Part shown: in pieces, positions 14,973 through 22,597 of the stretch
How the letters are laid out: every line of letters begins with the position of its first letter
How positions within the stretch are numbered: the stretch's first letter is position 1
From: Nitratidesulfovibrio sp. 1201_IL3209
GTDB lineage: Bacteria > Desulfobacterota > Desulfovibrionia > Desulfovibrionales > Desulfovibrionaceae
DNA: 24,000 nt
Direction of reading: 5' to 3'
NCBI RefSeq assembly: GCF_036763125.1
Contig: NZ_JBAIYT010000015.1
Location: 1,317-25,316, forward strand
Made by a program: the position numbers and the translations under genes
Notes under the pieces: generated by a model
What the model was told of the DNA's origin: nothing
The model's input: only the letters and a program-made list of their open reading frames with translations
Database searches by the model: none

Positions 14973-15005
14973 TTGTAAACCATCAGGCAATTGCTTGGTT
15001 GACAA
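14973..15005. promoter_or_regulatory. BirA operator (bioO) in the birA/bioB divergent region
   Basis: TTGTAAACC-N15-GGTTGACAA. The arms are 8/9 complementary and match the well-known BirA box TTGTAAACC-N14/15-GGTTTACAA. The right arm contains TTGACA (14999..15004), which could serve as the bioB -35, with TACTCG 17 nt downstream. Confidence 0.8.
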
Positions 15006-15063
15006 AAAGGAACACGCCCGCTACTCGCCCTGAACTGCCATTCAACAGGAGCGCTACCGGTAC

Positions 15064-16191
15064 ATGAACCCCCTGCTGGAACGTTTGCGCGCGCGCCTTT
15101 CGGACACCATTCCCCCCGGAACGGAGACTTCTTGCGCATCGCCAAGCCGCGCCCACGCGGCCAAAGGCTCCCCGTCCGGCATCACCGGAGAGGAGGCGCT
15201 GGCCGTGGCGCGGCTGCCCGCGTCCGACATCCTGGACATCCTGGCCGTGGCGCAGGCCGTGCGTTCGGCCCGCAAGGGACCGCTGGCGACCACCTGCGGC
15301 ATCGTCAACGCAAAGTCGGGCCGCTGCGGCGAGGACTGCGCCTTCTGCGCCCAGTCGTCGCACCACGACACGGGCGCTCCGGTGCATGGGCTGCTCGGCC
15401 CCGACGCACTGCTGCGCCATGCGGAGGAACTGGCCCGCGCGGGCGTGCGCCGTTTCGGCATCGTGACCAGCGGCAACGCCCTTTCGGAGCGTGAATTCGA
15501 CGCGGTCTGCCATGCGGCGCGCCTGTTGCGCGAACGGGTGGACATCGGCCTATGCGCCTCCCTGGGGCAGCTCGCCACGGGGTCCGCCGCATCGAAAGGA
15601 CCGGACGGACGGGGAGAACGAGCGCGCCGCCTGAAGGACGCAGGCATTTCCAGCTACCACCACAATCTGGAAACGGCCAGAAGTTTTTTCCCGCAGGTAT
15701 GTACCACGCACTCCTACGACGACGATGTCGCCACCGTGCGCGAGGCCGCCCGGGCGGGGTTGCGCACCTGTTGCGGCGGCATCCTGGGCCTTGGCGAAAC
15801 GTGGGAACACCGCGTGGAACTGGCTCTGACCCTGCGTGAACTGAACGTGGATTCCATACCGCTGAACTTTCTGCATCCCATTCCGGGCACACGGCTGGGC
15901 CACCGCAGTCCGTTGCCGCCCATGGAGGCGTTGCGGGCCATCGCCATATTCCGCCTGCTGCACCCGGAGCGTGACGTCCTGGTGTGCGGCGGGCGGGAAA
16001 CCACCCTGGGCCCGTGGCAGTCGTGGGTGTTCGCGGCCGGGGCCAACGGCCTGATGGTGGGCAACTACCTGACCACGGCGGGCCGCGCCCTTTGCGACGA
16101 CATGGAGATGCTGGCCGCGCTGGGCGTGGGCGGCGTTGCCGCGCCCGGCGGGACGGCCGCCGGGCCTGACGGCGGGGAGGCGCGGGCATGA
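15064..16191 (+). CDS. bioB: Biotin synthase (radical SAM), 375 aa
   Basis: CGEDCAFCAQ radical-SAM CxxxCxxC motif. YHHNLET, CCGGILGLGE and NFLHPIPGT motifs. AGGAG lies upstream. Confidence 0.94.
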   Translation: MNPLLERLRARLSDTIPPGTETSCASPSRAHAAKGSPSGITGEEALAVARLPASDILDILAVAQAVRSARKGPLATTCGIVNAKSGRCGEDCAFCAQSSHHDTGAPVHGLLGPDALLRHAEELARAGVRRFGIVTSGNALSEREFDAVCHAARLLRERVDIGLCASLGQLATGSAASKGPDGRGERARRLKDAGISSYHHNLETARSFFPQVCTTHSYDDDVATVREAARAGLRTCCGGILGLGETWEHRVELALTLRELNVDSIPLNFLHPIPGTRLGHRSPLPPMEALRAIAIFRLLHPERDVLVCGGRETTLGPWQSWVFAAGANGLMVGNYLTTAGRALCDDMEMLAALGVGGVAAPGGTAAGPDGGEARA

Positions 16192-17681
16192 GCGGACAGG
16201 GTACGGAAAACGGCATGTCCGAGGGGGCCATCGTCCCCTCCACCGACGCCACCCGGCGGCTGCGCGCGCTGGACAAGGCCCACGTGTGGCATCCCTTCAC
16301 CCAGATGCGCGACTGGCTGGCCGCCGACCCGCTGATCATCGCCGCCGCCGAGGGCAACCGGCTCATCGACACCGACGGCGTGTCCTACCTGGACGGCGTG
16401 TCCTCGCTGTGGACCAACGTACACGGGCACCGCCACCCCAGGCTGGACGCGGCCGTGCGGGCGCAACTGGACAAGGTGGCCCACACCACCCTGCTGGGCC
16501 TGGGCAGCGAGCCGTCCATCGAACTGGCGGCGCGGCTGGCCGCCATCGCTCCGCAGGGACTGACGCGGGTGTTCTATTCCGACAGCGGGTCCACGTCCGT
16601 GGAAGTGGCGCTGAAGATTGCCTTCCAGTTCCACCGCCAGGCCCCGGCGCACCTGGGCGGCGACGCCCGGCGCACCCGCTTTCTCAGCCTGAGCAACGCC
16701 TATCACGGCGACACCGTGGGGGCCGTGGCCCTGGGCGGCATGGACCTGTTCCACGCCATCTACGCGCCGCTGCTGTTTGACACGCTGAAGGCGGAAAGCC
16801 CCCACTGCTACCGCTGCCCGTTCGGGCGGCAGGCCGGGGACTGCGGCCGGGAATGCATCGCCCACGTGGAAGACCTGTTCGCCCGCCACGGGCACGAGAT
16901 GTGCGCCGCCGTGGTGGAACCGCTGGTGCAGGGCGCGGCGGGCATGCTGTTGCAGCCGCCGGGCTGGCTGCGCCGGGTGCGCGAACTGTGCGACGCGCAC
17001 GGCGTGTTCCTGGTGGCCGACGAGGTGGCCGTGGGCTTCGGCAAGACCGGCACCCTGTTCGCCTGCGAGCAGGAAGGGGTGACGCCCGACTTCCTGTGCC
17101 TGGCCAAGGGCATCTCCGGCGGCTACCTGCCGCTGGCCGCCACCCTGACCGCCGAGCGGGTGCACGACGGCTTCCTGGCCCGCCACGAGGAGTTGCGCAC
17201 CTTCTTCCACGGCCACACCTACACCGGCAACCCGCTGGCCTGCGCGGCGGCCATCGCCTCGCTGGACGTGTTCGAGGAAGAACGGGTCATGGAACGGCTG
17301 CAACCGAAAATCGCCCGGCTGGCCGCGCGGCTGGAAACGCTGCGCGATCTGCCCCACGTGGGGGACATCCGGCAGCGCGGGGTGATGACCGGCATCGAGT
17401 TGGTGCGCGACCGGGAGACCAGGGAGTCCTACGACATGGCCCTGCGCGTGGGCCACCGGGTGACCCTGGAGGCGCGGCGGCGCGGGGTGATCGTCCGCCC
17501 GCTGGGCGACGTGATGGTGCTCATGCCGCCGCTGTCCATCACCGACGAGGAGATCGACCTGCTGGTGGACGCCACGGGCGAGGCCATCCGCGCCGTGACC
17601 GAGCGCGGGGCCACCGGTGGATTGGACGGGCTGGCCGGGCTGGACAGGCTTCCGGGCGCCAGCGGCCCGGCGGGAGCATGA
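16188..17681 (+). CDS. bioA: Adenosylmethionine-8-amino-7-oxononanoate aminotransferase, 497 aa
   Basis: HVWHPFTQM, SDSGSTSVEVALK, ADEVAVGFGKTG (PLP Lys region) and HGHTYTGNPLACAAA motifs. ATGA overlap with the bioB stop. Confidence 0.94.
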   Translation: MSGQGTENGMSEGAIVPSTDATRRLRALDKAHVWHPFTQMRDWLAADPLIIAAAEGNRLIDTDGVSYLDGVSSLWTNVHGHRHPRLDAAVRAQLDKVAHTTLLGLGSEPSIELAARLAAIAPQGLTRVFYSDSGSTSVEVALKIAFQFHRQAPAHLGGDARRTRFLSLSNAYHGDTVGAVALGGMDLFHAIYAPLLFDTLKAESPHCYRCPFGRQAGDCGRECIAHVEDLFARHGHEMCAAVVEPLVQGAAGMLLQPPGWLRRVRELCDAHGVFLVADEVAVGFGKTGTLFACEQEGVTPDFLCLAKGISGGYLPLAATLTAERVHDGFLARHEELRTFFHGHTYTGNPLACAAAIASLDVFEEERVMERLQPKIARLAARLETLRDLPHVGDIRQRGVMTGIELVRDRETRESYDMALRVGHRVTLEARRRGVIVRPLGDVMVLMPPLSITDEEIDLLVDATGEAIRAVTERGATGGLDGLAGLDRLPGASGPAGA

Positions 17682-18076
17682 CAGGCATGCCCGGCAGCAG
17701 GGATACGGCAGCACCGGCTTCCGCCTGCGCGCGCCGCGCCGTGCGTTGCGGCGTGTTCCGGTTCGACCCGGCCCACCCGCTGTTCGCGGACCATTTCCCC
17801 GGCGCGCCGGTGGTGCCGGGGTCGTGCATCGTGCTGGCCTTCGCGGACGAGGCGGCGCGCTGGGCGGACGGCCCCGCCGGGCCGCCGCGCCCGATACGTG
17901 AAGCGCGCGGGTTCCGCTTCCGGCGCTTCGTCACGCCGGGGGACTACGCCTTCCGCATGGAACGCACCGATGACGGCCTGCGCTGTTCGCTGCATGCGCT
18001 GGCCCCGGCGGTCGGCGAAGAGGGATGCGTCGCCGCACCCCCCGCCCCGCTGGTGACCGGGGTGCTGGCATGGTAG
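17678..18076 (+). CDS. FabZ/FabA-like hotdog-fold (3-hydroxyacyl-ACP) dehydratase homolog, 132 aa
   Basis: DHFPGAPVVPG matches the FabZ HFPxxPVMPG catalytic-His motif. FRFRRFVTPGD matches the hotdog kFr..V.PGD motif. ATGA overlap with the bioA stop, with GGGAG upstream. Confidence 0.72.
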   Translation: MTGMPGSRDTAAPASACARRAVRCGVFRFDPAHPLFADHFPGAPVVPGSCIVLAFADEAARWADGPAGPPRPIREARGFRFRRFVTPGDYAFRMERTDDGLRCSLHALAPAVGEEGCVAAPPAPLVTGVLAW

Positions 18077-18915
18077 CCCGCGCCGCCCTGACGGATTCCG
18101 CCCTGACGCATTCTGCCCTGCGCGGCCCGGCGCTCATCGCCGGTGGCTCGTGCGAACTGGGGCTGGCCCTCGGCGCAGCGCTGGCCGCCGGCGGCGTGGC
18201 CGTGGCCCTGACCGCGCGCGATGAGGCGGGCGCGGCGCGCATCCGCGCCGCGCTGCCGGACGCCGTGGTGCTGCGCCTGCACGCGCGCGGGCCGGAACAG
18301 GGCAGCGCGCCCGAAGATTTCACGCCCTCGACGGCGGCCGCAAGCCATGCCGAAGACGATGCCCCGGAAACCCTGCCCGAACGTGCCCGCACCTCGCTGG
18401 GGTCCGCGCCCCGGCTGTTCGTGGACCTGCTGCATTCGCGGTTCGAAGCGCTGCTGGCCGGGGCGGACCCTGCCGACATCGACCTGTGGGCCGCGCGCGA
18501 CATCGCCTTCCGCGCCCGGCTGCTGCGCGCCGTAAGCCGGTCCATGCTGGCCGGGCGCGACGGGCGGTGCGTGTTCGTCTCGTCCTCCGCCGCCGAACGG
18601 GCCGCGCCGGGGCAGGGCTACTACGCCGCCGCCAAGCTGGCCGGAGAAGCCCTGTACCGCGCCGTGGGCGTGGAACTGGCCCCGCGCGGGGTCACCGCCT
18701 GCTCGCTGCGGCTGGGCTGGCTGGAGGCGGGCCGGGGCGCGCCGTTCCTGCAATCGCGCGCCGCCAACGCCCCCCTGCCGTCCACCCGGCGCGTCGTAAC
18801 CGTTGCCGAGGCCGTGCAGACCCTGCGCTTTCTGCTGTCCGCCCCGGCTGCGGCCATCAACGCCACCACCCTGACCTGCGACGGCGGCTTCGGCGCGCTG
18901 AAACCGGCCTGCTGA
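18070..18915 (+). CDS. Short-chain dehydrogenase/reductase, FabG-like (3-oxoacyl-ACP reductase homolog), 281 aa
   Basis: N-terminal Rossmann segment ALIAGGSCELGLALGAALA. Catalytic SSSAA ... YYAAAK (Ser / YxxxK). C-terminal TLTCDGGF. The start ATG overlaps the upstream stop (ATGGTAG). Confidence 0.82.
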   Translation: MVARAALTDSALTHSALRGPALIAGGSCELGLALGAALAAGGVAVALTARDEAGAARIRAALPDAVVLRLHARGPEQGSAPEDFTPSTAAASHAEDDAPETLPERARTSLGSAPRLFVDLLHSRFEALLAGADPADIDLWAARDIAFRARLLRAVSRSMLAGRDGRCVFVSSSAAERAAPGQGYYAAAKLAGEALYRAVGVELAPRGVTACSLRLGWLEAGRGAPFLQSRAANAPLPSTRRVVTVAEAVQTLRFLLSAPAAAINATTLTCDGGFGALKPAC

Positions 18916-18979
18916 TCCCGCACCGGCGCGGAAGTACCTTCGCCGGAATATTCCCATCACCCCCACGGACAGGAACGCC

Positions 18980-19396
18980 ATGCCCTCACATACCCCCCAG
19001 GAACTGCACGACATCGCGGTCGCGGTAGCCGCGCTGGTGGCCCCCATCTTCGACGTGGACGCCGCCAGCCTGTCGCCCGCCACGCGGCTGATGGCCGACC
19101 TGCCCTGCGAATCCATCGACCTGCTGGAAATAGGCGCCGGGCTGAACCGCCACTTTGGTATCCCGGTGCGCGACGCCGCCGCCTTCCTCACCGACCTGCG
19201 CATCCACGTGCTGGAGGCGGAACGCCATGGCGAATCCCCGGAAGCCCGGCTGGCGCGGGAGTACCCGCACCTGCCCGCCGCGCGCGTGGCGGAAATCCTG
19301 GCCGACGTGCGCGTGCCGGGCGCGCCGCCGGTGCTGACCATCGGCGACGTGGCCGCCTATGTGGCGTGGGCGCTGGCACGGCACACGGGCCGATAG
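18980..19396 (+). CDS. Acyl-carrier-protein-like protein, unusually long, 138 aa
   Basis: LMADLPCESIDLLEIGAGLNRHFGI aligns by eye with the ACP DLGxDSLDxVEL helix II region. The Ser of CESID is the putative phosphopantetheine site. AGGAA lies 5 nt upstream of the ATG. Confidence 0.7.
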   Translation: MPSHTPQELHDIAVAVAALVAPIFDVDAASLSPATRLMADLPCESIDLLEIGAGLNRHFGIPVRDAAAFLTDLRIHVLEAERHGESPEARLAREYPHLPAARVAEILADVRVPGAPPVLTIGDVAAYVAWALARHTGR

Positions 19397-19431
19397 GCCT
19401 GACCGTCCCCGCAGCAGTGGCCGCCAAACAC

Positions 19432-20772
19432 ATGCAGCCCCGTTTCCGCCCTCCCCATTCCCCCCGCCGCGTGGCCGTCACCGGCGTGAGCGCGGTGACG
19501 CCCCTGGGGCATACCCCGCAGGACGTGGCCCGCGCCATCCGCGACGGGCACAGCCCGTTCCGCCATGCCGTGGCCCTGCCCGGCGCGGCCTGCGCGCCCG
19601 CGCGGAACTTCGACGAGGCGGCGGCCACCGGACGCTGGCGGCACCGCCGCTACCTTTCGCGCGGCGGGCTGCTGGCGCTGGCCTCGGCCCTGGCCGCCAC
19701 CCGGCAGGCCGGATACGCCTGCGGCGACGGAACCGACGGTGCGGTGGGCGACGGCGGCACCCCGCCCCCGCTCCCCTTTCCGGACGGCACCGCGCTGGTG
19801 GCCGCCAGCGGCCCCAACATGGACGTGGGGGCCGACTTTCCGGCGGCCTGCGGACGAATCAGGCCGCCGCACGACACCCCGCCGGGGCTTGAGCACCCCG
19901 ATCTGGACGCGCTGTGGATGCTGCGCTGGCTGCCCAACACCGTCGCCTCGGCCGTGGCCATGCGCTGCGGAATCCGGGGCGAAGGACTGGTGCTGGGCAC
20001 GGCCTGCGCCGCCTCGTTGCAGGCCGTGGGCGAGGCCGCCCGGCGGGTGCGCTGGGGCCTTGCCCCGGCGGCGCTGGCCGTGGGCGGCGATTCGCGCCTG
20101 TCGGAAGGGGGCCTTCTGGGCTACGCCCGCGCCGGGGCCATCCAGCGCGACCTGGACCTCGCCGATGCAACGGCCCCCCACATGGCCTGCCGCCCCTTCG
20201 ACAGGGCGCGGCGCGGCTTCGTGCCCGGCGAAGGAGGCGCGGCCTTCGTGCTGGAACCGCTGGACGCGGCGCTGGCGCGCGGGGCCACGCCGCTGGCCGA
20301 AATCCTGGGCATGGGGGCCACGCTGGACGGACACGCCCTGACCGCGCCGGAGCCCGACGCCCGCCGGGCCGAGGCCGCCGTGCGCGGCGCGCTGGCCGAG
20401 GCGGGGCTTGCCCCCGGCGACGTGCACTGGGTAGCGGCCCACGGCACCGGCACCGCCCTCAACGACGCGGCGGAAATCCGCCTGCTGGAACGGGTGTTCG
20501 CCAATGCGGGCCACGCGCCCGCCGTCACCGCCGTGAAGTCGTGGACCGGGCACTGCGCCTCGGCCTGCGGCGCGGTGGAACTGGCCGTGCTGCTGGCCTG
20601 CGCGGCGGACGGCTTTCTGCCGCCGGTGCGCAACCTGTCCGCGCCGGAAAGCGGGCGGCTGGACTTCGTGCGCGAAATGCGCCCCCTGCCCGGTACCGGG
20701 GGTGGTTCCGTCGGGCTGCTGCTCAACTTCGGCTTCGGCGGGCAGAACGCGGCGCTGGTGGTGCGACTGTGA
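19432..20772 (+). CDS. Beta-ketoacyl-ACP synthase, KAS I/II (FabF/FabB) type, 446 aa
   Basis: RRVAVTGVSAVTPLG N-terminus. Active-site LGTACAAS (Cys), AAHGTGT (His) and VKSWTGHCASACG (Lys/His) give a Cys-His-His triad. The start is uncertain: ATG 19432 or GTG 19417, and neither has a clear SD. Confidence 0.88.
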   Translation: MQPRFRPPHSPRRVAVTGVSAVTPLGHTPQDVARAIRDGHSPFRHAVALPGAACAPARNFDEAAATGRWRHRRYLSRGGLLALASALAATRQAGYACGDGTDGAVGDGGTPPPLPFPDGTALVAASGPNMDVGADFPAACGRIRPPHDTPPGLEHPDLDALWMLRWLPNTVASAVAMRCGIRGEGLVLGTACAASLQAVGEAARRVRWGLAPAALAVGGDSRLSEGGLLGYARAGAIQRDLDLADATAPHMACRPFDRARRGFVPGEGGAAFVLEPLDAALARGATPLAEILGMGATLDGHALTAPEPDARRAEAAVRGALAEAGLAPGDVHWVAAHGTGTALNDAAEIRLLERVFANAGHAPAVTAVKSWTGHCASACGAVELAVLLACAADGFLPPVRNLSAPESGRLDFVREMRPLPGTGGGSVGLLLNFGFGGQNAALVVRL

Positions 20773-21248
20773 CCCTTTTCCGCCATGCCCTTCCGGAGGA
20801 GACCCCCGCCCGCTTCCTGCTGCTGGACCGGGTGGACCGCTGCGACGCCGCGGGGGCCACGGGCCGCCGCGCCTTCGCCGGCGCACCCCCATGGCAGGGG
20901 CTGGAAGCCATGGCCCAACTGGCCGCGCTGCACGCCCGCTGGTCCTCCGGCTTTTCCCTCCACGCCTTTCTGCTGACGGTACAGGAATGCAACTGGCCGC
21001 CTGCCGACGTTTTGCACGGCCCCTCCCGCATCCGGGCCGACCTGCTGGCCCAAAGCGAGCGCGCCGCCACCTACGCCACGACCATCACGCCCATTCCGCA
21101 GGTGCCCGGCGCAGACACCCCGCCCGCGCCCCCGAGCATGGCCGCCACCCTGATCATCGGCCGCACGGCCTACGACACCCGCTTCAACGGCGACGTACTC
21201 GCCGCCCGTTATCGAGAGATATTCGCATGGCTGACCACAACCCCCTGA
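20769..21248 (+). CDS. Hypothetical protein, probable divergent hotdog-fold (FabZ-like) subunit, 159 aa
   Basis: FLLLDRV and GLEAMAQLAAL resemble the FabZ LLDRV and EAMAQ (catalytic Glu) motifs, but there is no HFP His motif. The GTG start overlaps the KS stop (GTGA), with GGTGGTG 5 nt upstream. The 3' end overlaps bioF by 22 nt. Confidence 0.58.
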   Translation: MTLFRHALPEETPARFLLLDRVDRCDAAGATGRRAFAGAPPWQGLEAMAQLAALHARWSSGFSLHAFLLTVQECNWPPADVLHGPSRIRADLLAQSERAATYATTITPIPQVPGADTPPAPPSMAATLIIGRTAYDTRFNGDVLAARYREIFAWLTTTP

Positions 21249-22597
21249 CCGCCGGACCCACGCCCGGCCCCTCCCCCGCCGCCGCGCCATCCCCGGCCGC
21301 TCCCGGCCTGCTGGCCGCGCGCCTGACCCTGCGGATGGAGGAATTGCACGCCGCCGGTCTTGGCCGCAGCGCCCCACTGCTGGACGGACTGCCCGCCTCC
21401 GCCGCCGTCCCTTCCGGAGACATCGGGAATGCCCCCTCCCCGGCGCTGGTGCACATGGACGGCCGTCCGCTGCTCCATTTCGCGGGCAACGACTACCTTG
21501 GCCTGGCCGCCGACGGGGCGTGGCGGGCCACGGTGGCCGCCTGCTTCGCGCGCCATGCGCCCTCGGGCACGGCCTCGCGCCTGGCCGCCGGGCACACCGC
21601 GCTGGCGGCGGACGCCGAGGCCGCGTGGGCCGAATACTTCGGCTATGCGGAATGCCTGTTCCTGCCCAGCGGCTACCAGGCCAACCTGGCCCTGCTCTGG
21701 GGCCTGCTGGGCCACGGTGACGCGGTATTCCTGGACCGCCGGGTGCACGCCAGCATGGCCCATGCCCTGCCCCCCACCGGGGCGCGGCTGCACACCCACC
21801 GCCACGCGGACATGGACGACCTGTCGCGCCGCCTGGCCGCATGGCGGGCCGCAGGCAACGACGGTCCCCCCGCGCGGGGTACCGGTTGCGCGCCCCAGCC
21901 CGTGGTCCTGGCCGAATCGCTGTACAGCATGGACGGCACCCTGCCGGACATGGCCCGGCTGGGCGCGGTGGCCCGCGAGCACGGGGCCTTCGTCATCGTG
22001 GACGAGGCCCACGCCTTCGGCGCGCTGGGCGCTGGCGGCCGCGGCCGGGCGCACGGCGTGGCCGACGCCGCCGTGGGCACGCTGGGCAAGGCGCTGGGGC
22101 TGTTCGGGGCGTTCCTGCTGCTGCCGCGCGGCACCCGGAATGCGCTGGAAAACCTGGCCTCGCCGCTGATCCACTCCACCGCCCTGCCGGAGGCGCACGC
22201 CGCCTGCTGCCTGGCCCTGCTGGACCTGCTGCCCCGGCTGGACGACCGCCGCCATCACCTCGCCGCGCTGGGTGCGGCCCTGCGCGCCGGATTGCGCGCC
22301 GAAGGCATGCCGGTACGCGAGGGCGCGCACGTGGTCTGCGTGGACGTGGGCGACGAGGCCCGCTGCACCCGCCTTGCCGCGAAGCTGCGCACACCCGCTG
22401 GCGGCGGCCCCGGCGTGCTGGCCCTGGCCGCGCGCCACCCCACCGTGGGGCGCGGCGCGGCCGTGCTGCGCCTGGGCCTTACCGCCCTGCACCGGGTGGA
22501 CGACGTGGCCCGCTGCGTGGACCTGCTGGCCCGCGCCTGGAAGGAAGAGGAAGAGCGGGGCGCTGCCCCGCACCACACGACCGGAGAATCCTCATGA
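21227..22597 (+). CDS. bioF: 8-amino-7-oxononanoate synthase, 456 aa
   Basis: FAGNDYLGLA, SGYQANLA, DEAHAFGALG and the GTLGKALG PLP-lysine motif. Start ATG 21227 (MADHNPL). Confidence 0.92.
   Translation: MADHNPLTAGPTPGPSPAAAPSPAAPGLLAARLTLRMEELHAAGLGRSAPLLDGLPASAAVPSGDIGNAPSPALVHMDGRPLLHFAGNDYLGLAADGAWRATVAACFARHAPSGTASRLAAGHTALAADAEAAWAEYFGYAECLFLPSGYQANLALLWGLLGHGDAVFLDRRVHASMAHALPPTGARLHTHRHADMDDLSRRLAAWRAAGNDGPPARGTGCAPQPVVLAESLYSMDGTLPDMARLGAVAREHGAFVIVDEAHAFGALGAGGRGRAHGVADAAVGTLGKALGLFGAFLLLPRGTRNALENLASPLIHSTALPEAHAACCLALLDLLPRLDDRRHHLAALGAALRAGLRAEGMPVREGAHVVCVDVGDEARCTRLAAKLRTPAGGGPGVLALAARHPTVGRGAAVLRLGLTALHRVDDVARCVDLLARAWKEEEERGAAPHHTTGESS

Noticed and set aside
13690-15033. 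447-aa plus-strand ORF antisense to birA
   Set aside because: Antisense GC artefact that runs through the BirA operator.
16065-17714. 549-aa ORF antisense to bioA
   Set aside because: Antisense GC artefact. The sense frame carries clear aminotransferase class III motifs.
20121-21842. 573-aa ORF antisense to KS / hotdog-2 / bioF
   Set aside because: Antisense GC artefact spanning three sense-strand genes.
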